Source of the DNA: the human T2T-CHM13v2.0 reference genome, Homo sapiens
Assembly (NCBI RefSeq): GCF_009914755.1
Contig: NC_060926.1
Strand: one strand, 5' to 3'
Length of the DNA: 64,000 bases
The notes beneath the pieces are model-generated. The model was not told where the DNA came from, ran no database searches, and saw only the letters and a program-made list of their open reading frames with translations. Shown here one piece after another: positions 1 to 13,436 of the stretch. Each line of letters begins with the position of its first letter. Position 1 is the stretch's first letter. Made by a program: the position numbers and the translations under genes.

Positions 1-19
1 ATTTTTATTCTCTTTTAAA

Positions 20-85
20 AATATTTTTGATCCAAGATTGATGGGATCTACAGATACAGAACCCATGAATATGGTGCACTGATTA
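20..85. mobile_element. MER2/Tigger-type DNA transposon terminal fragment
   Basis: AATATTTTTGATCCAAGATTGATGGGATCTACAGATACAGAACCCATGAATATGG resembles the MER2 terminal sequence. Confidence 0.55.
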
Positions 86-1344
86 TATGTAATCTTATAG
101 CCCCAGTGAAGTGCTATCATTGCTATGCTATGTGAACTTCAAGTCTAAGGAAACTTGACTTCAGCATCTCTATATGCCCCCTTTCAAAACACTGCTGTTT
201 CTTTAGAGATTTTTTCCCCCATACTAACCTTTGTGTGCATATTTAGATATGTATTTCATGTAGCGATAACTCCCCATAGTACCGATGGTAATTGGTTACA
301 AATAAGGGTTGGGTTAACTACATCAGTATTTCAACAAACTTTCTGATTATTATATGTTCTACATACAATTACTGGTAAATAGAAAATAGAAAAATTTTAA
401 ATCCTCTAGAATGTCAACTCCCAGAGCTAACCATTATAAATTATTCAAAATTTTTGGTAGAATTTATTTAATAGATTTTTAGATAAAATTGCAATAATAC
501 AGTACATATAATGTGTGTATATTTGAGTATAGTTTTTTGTCTTTTTCTTCAAAAAACATGATTTTTAATAGCTGAAAATCATCCACTGTATGAAACTACT
601 TGAGTATATTTGAAAGTAAAAATAAGCTGGATTTCAGCCAAACTTCTGTTTCCGTAAGGCAGCAGTGAAAGTACTCCAGGTACAATTCACTGTGGAATCC
701 TAGACTCAGAGTTGGAAAGGGCCTCCAAGGTCATGCATGAACATGAGAAAGCTCCAGAGAAACTCGTGAATTTTGTTATCTTTTTCTCAGTACTATAACC
801 ATTATAGAAACCAACTTCATTTGAGAACTAAAGGTAATTAACCCCAGCTATAGCCATAACTTTTTGTATTGTGAATGATGGGTGGCTGATTTTTAGTAAT
901 TTATTCTAGATAAAAACGTAATTCAAAATTTTGTTCATATTTGTGAACATTTTACACTGAAAAGAGGTGCCATGGGTTATTTCTAATTAGACTTTTCCTT
1001 CAAAGTTAGAGACATTCGATTTCATACAAAAATTTACTTTATAAGTACTCAATAACTTTAGCTGTTTCTTTAACCAAACAAACTGCCTGAAACTCTATTT
1101 TCATAAATATGCTAATGGTTCTCTATTAGCCCACAAACTTTGCCATTACCTTTTATACCCATTATATGGTTTGCTGAGGGAAAGGAAATGAAAGAAATAA
1201 TTTCCATACAATCTTCAGAAATGGGTTCATTCTGCCTCCTTGAAATCGGTCTGGTGTAAAGAGCTCTGAAGCCAAGGAGGTTTTTATAAAAGAAAATCTT
1301 CAGTTGACCTACATGACAAGGATACAACATTATTATTAATAATA

Positions 1345-1423
1345 TTAAGTTGGTGCAAAAGTAATTGTGGGTTTGCCATTGAAAGTACTGCCAAAAACTG
1401 CAATTACTTTTGTGCCAACTGAA
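1345..1423. mobile_element. MADE1 (Hsmar1-derived MITE), ~80 bp palindrome
   Basis: TTAAGTTGGTGCAAAAGTAATTG...CAATTACTTTTGTGCCAACTGAA terminal inverted repeats, flanked by TA on both sides. Confidence 0.92.
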
Positions 1424-2116
1424 TAATATTAATTGAATCTATCTCAAGTATCTTAATTATTTTAGTAACATTACTAAGAATGGACAGATATAAATGCCAT
1501 TAAATAACAATGATCCACACAATATTATTTCTCAACAATTCTAACTATTACCACATTTCCTATCATATCCAACTGGAGAGGTCTGGAATTTGTATTTGTC
1601 CAATTCGTCGTGAAGAAAGCTAGGACAAAGATGAAGATAGAGTTTTAGACACACTTATTTAAGGTTCTGAGAGGAAGAAGTGTCAGTTTCCCAATCCCAG
1701 TCAGACCATGTGACCTCACTGGTGGGACATATGAAGAATTTTAATTTTTTTCTTCAAAAGCATGAAGTTTATTCAAAAACATTATTTGAAAACTTTGCTT
1801 GTTGCTTTTCAATCGTTTAATGTCAAATTCACTTTTAGAGGTAGTGTTTATATTTTTTCTACTGTGAAAATAAGGCAGAACAGATGACAACATGTTACAG
1901 CTCAGCCTTGTCATTGGATGGGAGGGGTGAGTAGCTTTCCTAAATTAAATACAACAATGCCAATCTAATACCTGATGTCTAATTTCCACTGACTAAGTGT
2001 TTATCAATACGTCAGTCTAAGTGGATGGAGGGAATTAGATTTTAACTCCTCAAACTGACTCCTTTTTGGGGGTGTTCTTCCTTTCTCCTTAGTGTTCTTC
2101 AAAGTTCTATGGTTGG

Positions 2117-2454
2117 ACCAGTACTATCCTGTTTTGATTACTGTAGCTTTATAGTATAGTTTGAAGTCAGGTAGTGTGATTCCTTCAGGTTTGTTCTTTT
2201 TGCTTAGGATTGCTTTGGCTATTCAGGCTCTTTTTTGGTTCTACATGAATTTTAGAATTGTGTTTTTCTAATTCTGTGACAAATGATGTTGGTAATTTGA
2301 TAGAAATAGTATTGAATCTGTAGATTGCTTTTGAACCATATTTGAACCAGCTGAACCACACATTGTTTCTTCCAGTCCATGAGCATGGAATGTTTTCCCA
2401 TTGTTTGTGTCATCTGTGATCTCTTTCAGCAGTGTTTTGTAGTTTTTCTTGGAG
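2117..2454 (-). mobile_element. Inverted 5' segment of an L1PA15/16-like element (ORF2 sequence)
   Basis: Colinear with minus-strand L1 ORF2 at ~60620-60950 of this window (CAGTACTATCCTGTTTTGATTACTGTAGC...TTGTAGTTTTTCTTGGAGAG). Confidence 0.9.
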
Positions 2455-3765
2455 AGACCAATGAAACAGAATAGGGAACTCTGAAATAAAGTTGCACACC
2501 TACAGCTATCTGATTTTTGACAAAATAGACAAAAATAAGCAATATGGAAAGGACTCCCTATTTAATAAATGGTGCTGAAATAGCTAGCTAGCCATATGCA
2601 GAAGAATGAAACTGGACTCCTATCTTTCACCATATACGAAAACTAACTCAAGACGGAGTAAAGATTTAAATCTAAGGTCTCAGACTATAAGAATGCTAGA
2701 AGAAAACCTAAAAAACACCACTCTAGACATCAGCCTTGGGAAAGAATTTATGACTCAGTCCTCAAAAGCAACTGCAACAAAAACAACAATTGACAAGTGG
2801 GAACTAATTAAACTAAAGAGCTTCTGTACAGCAAAAGAAAGTACCAATAGAGTAAACAGACAACAACTTGCAGAAGGGGAGAAAATATTTGTAAATTACA
2901 CATCTGAAAAGGGGCTAATACGCAGAATCTATAAGGTACTTATAAAATTCAATGAGCAAAAACGGACATACAAGAAGACATACAAGTGGCCAAGAAACAT
3001 ATGAAAAAATACTCCACATCACTAGTCATCAGAGAAATGCAAATCAAAACCACAATGAGATACCATCTCACACCAGTCAGGATGGCTATGATTAAAAAGT
3101 CAGAAAAACAACAGGTGTTGGTAAGGCTGAGGGAAAAAAAGTAATACACACTGTTGGTGGGAGTGTAAAATAATTCAACCACTGTGGAAAGCAGTTTGAA
3201 GATTTCTTAAAGAACTTAGAACAGAACTGTCATATGACCAAGCAATCTCATTACTGGGTATATATCCAAAAGAAAATACAACATTCTACCAAAGAGACAC
3301 ATGCACTCACATGTTCATCGAAGCACTATTTATAATAGTGAAGACATGGTACCAAGTAGGTGCCCAACAATGATGGACTGGATAAAGAAAATGTGGTACA
3401 TATACACCAAGGAATACTATGCAGCTATAAAAAGAAAAAAATCATATCCTTTGCAGCAACATAGAAGAAGCTGTAGGCCATTATCCTAAGTGAATTCATG
3501 CAGGAACAGAAAACCAAATACCCCATATTCTCACTTAATAAATAGGGGCCAAAACATTGGGTACTTGTGGACATAAAGATGGTAACAATAGACACTGGGG
3601 ACTACCGGGGAAGGAGGGGGCAAGGGTTGAAAAACTACTGGGTACTATGCTCTTGGGTGACGGGATCATTCATACCCCAAAACATCAGCGTTATGCAATA
3701 GATTCATGTAACAAACCTGTACATGTACCCCCTGACTCTAAAATAAAAGTCAAAATTAAAATTTT
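2455..3765 (+). mobile_element. L1PA15/16-like 3' segment (end of ORF2, 3'UTR, degraded A-tail)
   Basis: ORF 2606-3004 is degenerate L1 ORF2 ([15 protein letters not shown]); 3'UTR ends CATGTACCCCCTGACTCTAAAATAAAAG. Confidence 0.9.
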
Positions 3766-4159
3766 AAAGGTTTTATGGTTGGTACTCTTTTTCCTTCCTA
3801 CATTCCTACCTTGGTGAATCAACATCTCCCAAAGCATCAGTGATCCCCTGATGCAGGTAATTCAGAAATCTGTAATATTAAATGCTTAGATAGAGTTTAG
3901 AGCTTGCCCCCAGCATTTAAATTCCATGTTTTCCACATTGAACTTTTCTTTCTTAAGCTTGCTTTTCTTCCTGACCTCTCCAATTCTGCAAATGGCACTG
4001 CTGTTCTCCCATCACACATCATCACCTTACAAGAGGTCTTTCAGATCGTTGTCTCCTTTCTCTCCTTTGCCCCCTGCATCCACTCAGCCACTCTGCTTCC
4101 GCAACCTCTCCCATGTCTATCTCTTCCTTTTCTTGGCTACAGCCCCAGTTCAGCCACAT

Positions 4160-4352
4160 GGGGATTCTCAACAGTGGCTATACATTAGATCATATGCAGC
4201 TTTAAAAAAGAATTTAAAAAACACAAGCATTTCAGCTTCCCATTTCTGACCAACTGAGTCTGTGACTCTGAGGTAAAAAGCTAGATTGAGGAATTAAAAA
4301 AAAAAATCTCCCCAGGGAAGTATAATGTGAGGACATGCTTGACAACACCTGG
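4160..4352. mobile_element. MER5-family hAT-Charlie MITE (diverged)
   Basis: TTCTCAACAGTGGCTATACATTAGATCA... ending GCTTGACAACACCTG. Confidence 0.5.
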
Positions 4353-4717
4353 GTTCGATTATTTGGGAAAAAAAAAAAAGGCCCATGGTTTTCCCTACCT
4401 CCTGTCTGTCACCAGCCCAATCTTTCGTCTACATTTCTGCCCTATGATTAACAACTTTCCTGTTATACTGCTCGGACAGGGACATTAATTTGCTTCAGTG
4501 CCTTCAATGTCTCTCCACCACTGCTTTCAGGATAAATTCATGTTCCTCAGCCTAGCCATGAATTCTTTTAGAACTGGCCCCAACTTTCCAGCCTTCTTTT
4601 GTGGTATTGCTTCTTTGTAAACTATAGGCATCTGCAAAAGTAAGCATGCCCTACTTGGTCTCATTTCTTTGGTCATTATGTTGTTCTTGTCTGAATGGAT
4701 TTCATAATCTTTGTATA

Positions 4718-5090
4718 TCGCTTAGGATGCATTCAGCTGCAGGTTATAGATATTCAACTAAAACTGGCTTGACAGATAAACTCCTTTGCATATTTAAAAT
4801 GCTTGAAAGTGAGTTCAAGGATGAAAGCTGGTTTCTCTGTGATTATCTTGCTTTTCCTCTAGATACCAAGATGGTAGCCACAACTGCAAGCATCACAGCC
4901 TTGGATAACCATGTTCAAGCCAGGAAGAAAACACAGTTGCTATTTATTTATTTATAATCAAGAAGGAAATCTTGTCGACCTCCCTTCAATGCCATTAGCC
5001 AGCATTCAATCAAAAGACCATGTTCTTGCCTCAAAGAAGGCTGGAAAAGTGAATATCTGGCATTGGCAGCTTCTATACTGGGAGGCTGGC
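4718..5090 (-). mobile_element. Old MLT1 (J/K-type) MaLR LTR
   Basis: TTAGGATGCATTCAGCTGCAGGTTATAGA...AAACTGGCTT and CAAGATGGTAGCCACAACTGCAAGCATCACA motifs. Confidence 0.6.
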
Positions 5091-5804
5091 TCTTCCAGGA
5101 AAGAAGTGAGTTGAGAAGGCAAACAATATGGGGAGGCAAACAATGGGGTCTCTCACATTTTGTTTTGAAATACAGTATTTGGTTTTTAACCAAATTCCAC
5201 GCAAATGCCTTCTCCAGGAAGCCCTGCTCAATCTATACCAGATAAATCCCAAAGTTTTCTCTCTTTGTGTTGTCATGGTATTTTTGTTTAAATCTCTCTC
5301 ATTGCTTTTGTGTGCTTCTGCTTTAGTTTATGTTATTTGTGTACATGTGCTATTTCCTATTGAATTATAAGCTCCTCGAGGGCAGGGATTATGTCTTAGT
5401 AATCTTTGTATATCTCATAGTAGCAAGTCAATGTAAACATATTTTACTGCAAGAATAATATTCTGGCACTTATTGCCCTCATATTATTTATTCTGCTGGT
5501 GTCATTTTCAAACATGCTTTCAAAATTTGTGTTAGGCGGCTATTCAGCTAAGGGACATGAAGTCGTAGTGAGAGCAAGTCTTTGGTTACTGTGTTCTTCC
5601 TGGTTCTTTTCTTCTACCCAGTCATCTGAAGGACATGGTCCCCCTTTCCCACCCCCGCCAGTTTCAGAAAGAACAGATTCAGGTGGTAATGGCATATTCT
5701 GACCACCTCTGACAGTTCTATCAAAATATTTGGGGTTCTCTCCTTCAAGCCTAAATGCGTTCAGGCTGGAATAGACGCTGCCAGCAGGGCTATTGAGAAA
5801 AGCC

Positions 5805-5818
5805 CCACCAGGTGGTAC
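5805..5818 (+). promoter_or_regulatory. Candidate CTCF site
   Basis: CCACCAGGTGGTAC has one mismatch to the CCASYAGRKGGCRS core and lies in unique sequence; motif evidence only. Confidence 0.3.
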
Positions 5819-7151
5819 TCATCCCCAGTGGGCCGCTCCAGGAAGAGTCAGCCAAGCAGAGAAGGGTGCTACATCTTCCCTCCACTCGGGGAGACGCTAG
5901 TTTCAAAGGCCTGGTCTGACAGGAAAATGAATGGAAACTGGTAGAAGCAGGGGAGCGTTGAGGCAATGCGAACTTATTAAAAGAACAGTAGTAACAATAA
6001 TTCTCAAAACATTATTTATCTGAGAGTGAAAGGGACAGGGATTTCATCAGCCTGAAATGCCAGAGCTTGGTTGCGTTCAACTACCTGTGTGGTGATTCAG
6101 CAGAACCCACATGGGGTGTTATTTCATAGCAGCTTCTGGGAGAGGAAAAAGTGCATTAGATCCTCATTATATTTTGTCTAGTATGTGATGTATTGAGCAA
6201 CTGTGACCCTGGAAAGTTAGATTTCTGCCCTCTCCATTGCTTATAATCAAAGGGGGAGATGTGCTCTAGGTTGTTGAGTGTGTGTATCTCTTTGGGGGTG
6301 CTTGTGGTTTCATGAAGAGTCTATGTGGGGATGTCACTTGAACATGGGTTCCCAGGCATTTTTCTGTCTTGGAGGAGAGGCTCATCTGGCGCAGCAAACA
6401 CAGAGTCGTTAAATTGGATTTTCATGGAGTGGAGGCAGGGGTGATGCTAGCAGCTGGCAGAATTAAGTAAAGCAGTGGGGGGCTGCCTGTTTCCCCTAAG
6501 GAGGGATGTGGTTTGTTGCCCAATTTTAAACTGTTGTGACTCAGTTAAGAGGAAATCAATTGGAAAACTTAAAATGACTTAATTGGCCGTTAGAACACTG
6601 CAGCTCCACAACTATTTGATTTCCTCCACGTCCTGTCAGAGGATGCTGATGGGCCTTCTTCACTTCAACTTTCTTAGCAGCAATTCTTTGAGGCCCTTTC
6701 CTTTCCCATCTAGGGCCAGATGATTGCTCCCTCTACAGCACAAAGAGTGATTGATGCCTGAAACTGGTGCTGTGCCCCGTGTAAGGACAAGGACAGGGCC
6801 TAATGGGGTAAGCAGGATTCCAGCATTCAGGCTTGGCTTTTGTTGAGTTACAAGGACTTTGAAAGGATAGGGCTTAGCTGGGAGAACTTAGAAACTTAGA
6901 TGAATCCAATGCACCATAAGATGATGCCAGTATCAGCAATACTTTCCAAAAGTTGCTGATCCAGCAAGATGAAGTAAATCAAAATATAATTTTTACCCTC
7001 CAATATTTTTACTGAGTGATTAATACCTTTGAGACTCTGGACTCACCACTACCCATATATTATCTAATTTCATATTTGAAACAGTGCTTTGAGTTCTCTA
7101 CTGTTAGCTATAATTTGCAGATGAGGAAACTGAGGTTTGGAAAGGTTAAGT

Positions 7152-7475
7152 CATTGACCTCTGAACTTTAGTATGCATCAAAGTCACCTAGAAAGGTTGT
7201 TAAAACACAGATTTCTGGAATTCCTTTCTGCCTGACTACCCTTGAACTGGGACATCAGCTGTTTCTTGTATTCTGACTTGAACTGAAACATTAGCTTTTC
7301 CTGGTTCCCCAGCCTGCCAGCCTTTGTACTAGAACTGCCCCATCAGCTCTCCTGGTTCTCCAGCTTGTCAACCCACCCGGCAGTTCTGGGGCCATGCCTG
7401 AGAATGTGCATTTCTGACAAGTCTCCAACTGATGCTGATGATGCTGGTTCAGAGACCACACTTTGTGAACCACTG
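7152..7475 (-). mobile_element. MER5A with its centre replaced by an MLT2 LTR fragment (~7225-7380), adjoining a MIR fragment at ~7110-7151
   Basis: GAACTTTAGTATGCATCAAAGTCACCTAG...TTAAAACACAGATT and GACCACACTTTGTGAACCACTG ends; internal TTGAACTGGGACATCAG...CAGCTCTCCTGGTTCTCCAGCTTG is MLT2-like. Confidence 0.75.
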
Positions 7476-8872
7476 CCTTAGGCTAAGGAAACTCAAGCCT
7501 TCCTTAATAATTCCCCCAAACCAGATCCTGCTGCTCAGATTCTCCCAAGAGATTCAACTTCATTTAAACACACATTTAATTTGCTGTGTACATGAGATGA
7601 ATAAGATACAGCTCTTTCTTTCAAGATGCTCACAGGCTAGAGCTAGGAGTGGGGAAGATAGAATCTAATATGTAAATAAATAATTTCACTAGAATGCAAT
7701 AAGTGTCTGTAGAGTTCAGTGAAGGCAAAAAGGGAGCGTAATCAGGTTTACCTGAGGACAAAGGATGTCTAAGGTCTCCAAGGTAAAAGGAAGACTTATG
7801 GACTTATGCAGGAGATGAGAGACACAAGGGGTCAATGCTCAGACAAGGTGGCCAATCCCTCCTCAGGTCCTCATTTCTTTTGGTTTGGCCTGGTTGCTTT
7901 TGGCTCTATGTTTGGCCTGATTGCTGTGGTTGGTGCTTTCTACATCCACCCTGCGGTGCGTTGGTTCTCTTTCTGCCAACTTGGTCATCCACACCTGGTC
8001 TGCCTGGGCCCATCCAGGAGACACTCAGGAGGAATGCATGCTGAACCCCTTCTCCCTCAGTTGTTCTGGGGATTGAAAGAAGTTCCATGAGCTTTACAAC
8101 CAGTGAAAATTGTCGCCAGCTTCGCAATTCTGGCCAACATGTCTATGCTTTGAAGTCTGGTTTCTGCCTTTTACAATTCTATTTTTAAAATGTATTAAAG
8201 ATGTTTAAACGTGGCAGAGACTTCCAATAAAAGCCGTGCTGCTTGAAAATCAGGATGCTGGTCTCAATTTAAAGTGCCTGTTAAAAAATAAGATACCCAT
8301 GTAAAAGGGGCTCTGAAGGACTGACCGAATAGCTCTTATGGAAATCAAGCTCACTCACCAATGGCTCTGACAGGATTTCAGAAGTTAGTATGCTCTGTGT
8401 CTATCCCGTTTATGCCCTGAAAGTGGCTTTTAATACAAAGTGATTGAATTTTTGTTTGACTTAGTCACTAACAAAAAACCGTGAAACTAAAACAGGAAAA
8501 AGTCTCTAACAAAATAGTTTGGCAAAAACTTTGGCTAAAAAACCAAACAAGGTCTAATAAATAGTACCTATTATTCTACCAGTACTGGCTCCTTGAAGAG
8601 GTGTCTGGAGCCATCCCATGCTTCCACAGAATCACAACTCTGAACATCATTTGGGGACCAATCTCTCTTGACAGTCTATTTTGTCTTGATAACTTTATTA
8701 GACCCTTTAGGAAGCTACTGAAAAGATAAGATGCGGTTCCTGACCTATGTTCTCCCCATGATACCTACGCTCAGTTACCCAAAAGCCATTACTGAGTCCG
8801 GCTTAAGTCTTCTCCCCTTTTCTCCATCCTTACTGCTATTGCCTTAGTTCTGGTTGTTACTTGTGTGCCAAA

Positions 8873-9340
8873 TACTGTAGGTTAATTTATCCAACACCCA
8901 TTTCTATACCTTTTTCTCAGGTCTCCCTAACCTTTAAAATCTAGAAAGCTAAAATTCACATTCTCAGACTCTCTTGAAGTTAGGAGTGGCCATGTGGCAC
9001 AGTCTGGCCCATGAAATGTAAATCAAAGTTGGCTGGGGATTTCTGGGATGCTCTTGTTTTCCCGATATAAGCAGTGACACTTTCTTTTCACATTCTTTCC
9101 TTCTTTCAGTGGCCTGAAATATGATACACCAGTGAAATCTGTCATTGCCATCTTGTGACTATGAGCGAAATGCCAGGAGAATTGTAGAGTCCTTGGCTCT
9201 GTCATTTTGAGCTGCTGAACCAATGTCTACAATTGTCAACTTCCGGACTTCTTACCAAAGAAAAAAAACCCCTCAATTTATTTAAACTATTATTTTTCAG
9301 TTCCTCATTACTTAAAGACACAGATATTATTTAACTGAGT
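8873..9340 (+). mobile_element. Old MLT1 MaLR LTR
   Basis: GAAGTTAGGAGTGGCCATGTGGCACAGTCTGGCCCATGAAATGTAA, GCCATCTTGTGACTATGAG, TTTAAACTATTATT. Confidence 0.65.
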
Positions 9341-11189
9341 TATTACATGAGCTCAGAATGATTAAGTAACTTGATTAAGCCATTAATAAATGGCAGAACC
9401 AGAATTAAATCTGATAGATTTGAGGCTAACTCTAAAACTTGTATTCCATTGAATTTTCTTCTGTGAATCTCTTGCATAGTATGGTGTCTAGTTGTTACAT
9501 TAATGTTTTTTCTTTTTTTGTTCAGGAAAAGATACCTCCTAAAATCTGCTGTAGCACATCTGTCTTGGTGGATATGGGTAGTTACCTTACGACATAACTT
9601 ACTCTGAAAGAACCGGTGGAAAGACCCTTCTCAATTATGTAACTATCAGGCAATTGAGCCATGGTTGCCCCAAGGAAACAGTAATAGACCCTTTTTGTGG
9701 CTTAACAAAACCAGCTTCTCCAAATAACAACTTGGTGTATAGATGTGATTATTGTGGTAGAAAATGAGGACATTCTCATAGCCATGGAGTCTTCCTGGAG
9801 GAAATGATGGCATTCATTACCAATCCCACTACACCCTCACCTTCCATTTGAGATTCAGCATCTTCAGATGCCTCAGTGAGACTCAGTCTCAATTGTGGTC
9901 TACAGGCAGGAAAAGAAAGTAAAGACCATCCATGAGGGAATTTCCCCGTGAGGCAAAGCAGTATAAAGTGGGCCCCCTGATTCAACTGCAACACCTAGAG
10001 TGATGCAGAGAAGGGCTGAACCTGCTTTACGACTAAGAGCTGAGCATGTCAGTGTGAACCAGCTTTTATTGTTCCAAGCATGATAAGCTCTGTCCACAGA
10101 GTTGAACCAGCGAGATCACCACTTCACAATAAAAAATGCATCAGTGTGCACGGAACCAACAACAGTAAGTTGTTTGCAAACTGGAGTATCTGGCAGCCTG
10201 GTCCAATTCTGCAGTTCACTCTCTGACAGGCATTTGGAAGTAAGACTGGGCCTCTCTAGAATAAGGAAGTACAGGGGTTCTTAGGTAATGTAGAAGTTTG
10301 TCCTTTAAAATACCCTAGATTCCTGTTATTCTGACAAATGGAGGATCCAGCCATTTTAATTTGAAGAATATGAGATGTGGTCAAATTTCTCTCCTGAGCT
10401 GGTGAAACAGGTAGTAACAACTACATAAGTAAAAGGGCTAATAGACAAAAACCAAGGGAAAATATTATAACTGAATTAATCAAAATATGGGTTAACAGGC
10501 ATTGTTCCTGAAATGTAATAATCTATTTGGATTTAGAGCCTACTGAGTCAACTAACTCATATTTCAAAGGCTCCTTTTATGTTGAATTTTCCCCCAATGG
10601 TAGACAGTCTCTGGAATCAAGAGTTACACTGGAGAGGGGGTGGGTCACTGGGAAAGTCTGTGTTACATTATTTTCAGTTCCATGTTATTCAACCTGACTT
10701 TATGTGCCAATAAATATTCATGCTGGCTAGAAGCGAAGATAGCATTAACCTCCTTGCATCACGTGGGAGGGAAGCTTCAGCTTTAATGCTAATGACTTTT
10801 GCATTATTTTATCAGGATCTTTAAACCTTGGGCCATTCTGAATCACAATATTGGAGAGTCAACATTATGTATAAATTACATATAGAAGATAGTAAAAGAT
10901 AAATCCAGCAGGCGTAGATTAGGTGGCTTAATTGGTGTTTGGCTTAATTGGTAATATGGATAATACTAAGTGTTTAGGATTCTACTAACAGTGCGGTATT
11001 TAAAACTTCAGTTTTAAAAATCGTCCAGATTTTCAAGGAACAAAACATTAATGTCTAACTATCTTAAAATTCTACAAAAGGCCTTACATTTTTAAGTCCA
11101 AGTAGGGGTCTTTATTAAAAACATATCATGCCAGTTTTCGGAATGCATCCAGAATTAAGTTTGTAAGGAGGGACGTAATAGGTTTTGAA

Positions 11190-11350
11190 CAGTTAAAAAG
11201 TTGCTGCAAGCACTCTGCTAAACACTTCATGTTCCTTCTTTTAATCTCCACAGTACTCACATGAAGTAGGTATTCCTATGTCCCCATTTCATAGATTAAT
11301 AAACTGAGGCACAAAAGGACGCATGGATTGCCCCAAATTACACAGCCTAT
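11190..11350 (-). mobile_element. MIR
   Basis: GTAGGTATTCCTATGTCCCCATTTCATAGATTAATAAACTGAGGCACA core. Confidence 0.7.
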
Positions 11351-11890
11351 ACTGAATTAGTAAGAGTTAAATTCTCATTGTCCTTGAAAATGTGCCTCCT
11401 TATGTTATGCCTAGTACCATCCTCCACCTTCACTTTCCCAAGTCTGCCTCCCTTCAGACACTTCTCAATAGGGACTAAAGAATCATCCATAATCCATACT
11501 TTTAAGATTCAATTAGAAAGAATAATTTCCAGGTACACATGGTTTTCCTGACATTCCTATTTTAGTGTCTCAAAGAAAATATCTGCTGAAATGTTAATGA
11601 TTGGCCTTTATCATATGGTAGGAAATTTTTATCCATCTCTACTGCTGTTGCAGCTTCCTTGACTAATTTTGAATTTCCTTAAGATCTGACAATGGCCTTA
11701 CTAGAAGATACTTAAATGTGTTGAATTGGATGATTGATATATAGTACAGGCAAAGCAGCAGTTCAAGCTTATATGATTTTGATTTTGGCTAGGTCCCTTC
11801 TTGGGCTGGAGGTCACAGTAGCTGTGGGAGACATGCTGATGGTTGCTGCTATGTCCTCATGACGGGAAGCTAGCCATGCTTCAATCTTGA

Positions 11891-12203
<313 letters not shown>

Positions 12204-13436
12204 TGATCTTGATTTTTATTACATGTAAATGAGAATTTGGAACTCTCTGAAGAGAGTGAATATTACTTCTACAAAATTAATTTTACTCAGTTATAACATA
12301 CTGAGCATTAAATGGTTGCATAGAATAGTACTCTGGGTTTAACCCATGTGTTTTGCTGTCACAATGAATTCATTTTATATAAATAGAAATACAGAAATAT
12401 GGCATTTTGTGGCTGTTTTTTTTTCACTTAGTATAATGCTTTCAAGGTTCATCCATACTGTAGCATGTATCAATAGTTCATTCCTTTTATGTCCAAATAA
12501 TATTCCATTGTATGGGCATACCACATTTTGCTTATCCATTCATTAGTTGAAACATTTGGGTTGTTTCTATTTTTTTTACTCTTATGAATAATGCTGCTAT
12601 GAACATTTGTGTACACATTTTTATGTGAACATATGTGTTCACATATATGAAACTCTTGGATCCCTTATCAAAAATTAATTATCCATATATTGGCTTATTT
12701 CTGGACCCTCAATTCTAGGCCATTTATCCATATGACTATCTTTATGCTAGTACCACATGGTCTTGATTATTGTACTTTACCAGTAAGTTTAGAAATCAGG
12801 AATTGCGATAGCTCAATTTGGTTCATCTTTTTCAAGGTTGTTTTAGCTACATTTGATCTTTTGCACATCCATATGAACTTTAGAATCAGCTTTCAATTTC
12901 AGCAAAAAAAGGCAGCTAGAATTTTGATAGAGATTGCATCGAATTTGTAGTTAAAATAAGTATTGCCTTATTAACATTATTAACTTTTCTGATCCATGAA
13001 CATGGGAGGAAAGCATATATCTATATAGATCTTCTTTAATTTCTTTTAATACTGTTGTATTTTTAGGTGTACAGGCCTTTATTTATTTTGTTAAATATAT
13101 TTTATTCTGTTTGATACTGTTATTAAAGAAATTGTTTCCTTAATTTCATTTTTGGATTGTTTGTTACTGATGCATAAAAATACAACTAATTTTTTCATAA
13201 TGATCTTGTATTATGCAACCTTGATGAATTTGTTTTACCATAATAGTTTTGTTGATTCCTTAGAATTTTCTACATACAAATCATATCAACTGCAAATAGA
13301 GATGGTACTTCTTCCTTTACAATCTGGCTGCTTTTTAATTCCTTTTCTTGCCTAATTGCCTTAACTAGAACATCTAGTGCAATGTTGAATGGAAGTGGCA
13401 AGAGTGGACATACTTTTCTTGTTCCTGGCCTTATGG

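Larger units (their letters stand above)
3830..5455 (+). mobile_element. Fragmented L2 interrupted by MER5-like and MLT1 insertions
   Basis: L2 3' signature TATAAGCTCCTCGAGGGCAGGGATTATGTC at ~5366; L2-like pyrimidine-rich pieces at 3830-4150 and 4380-4690. Confidence 0.55.
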
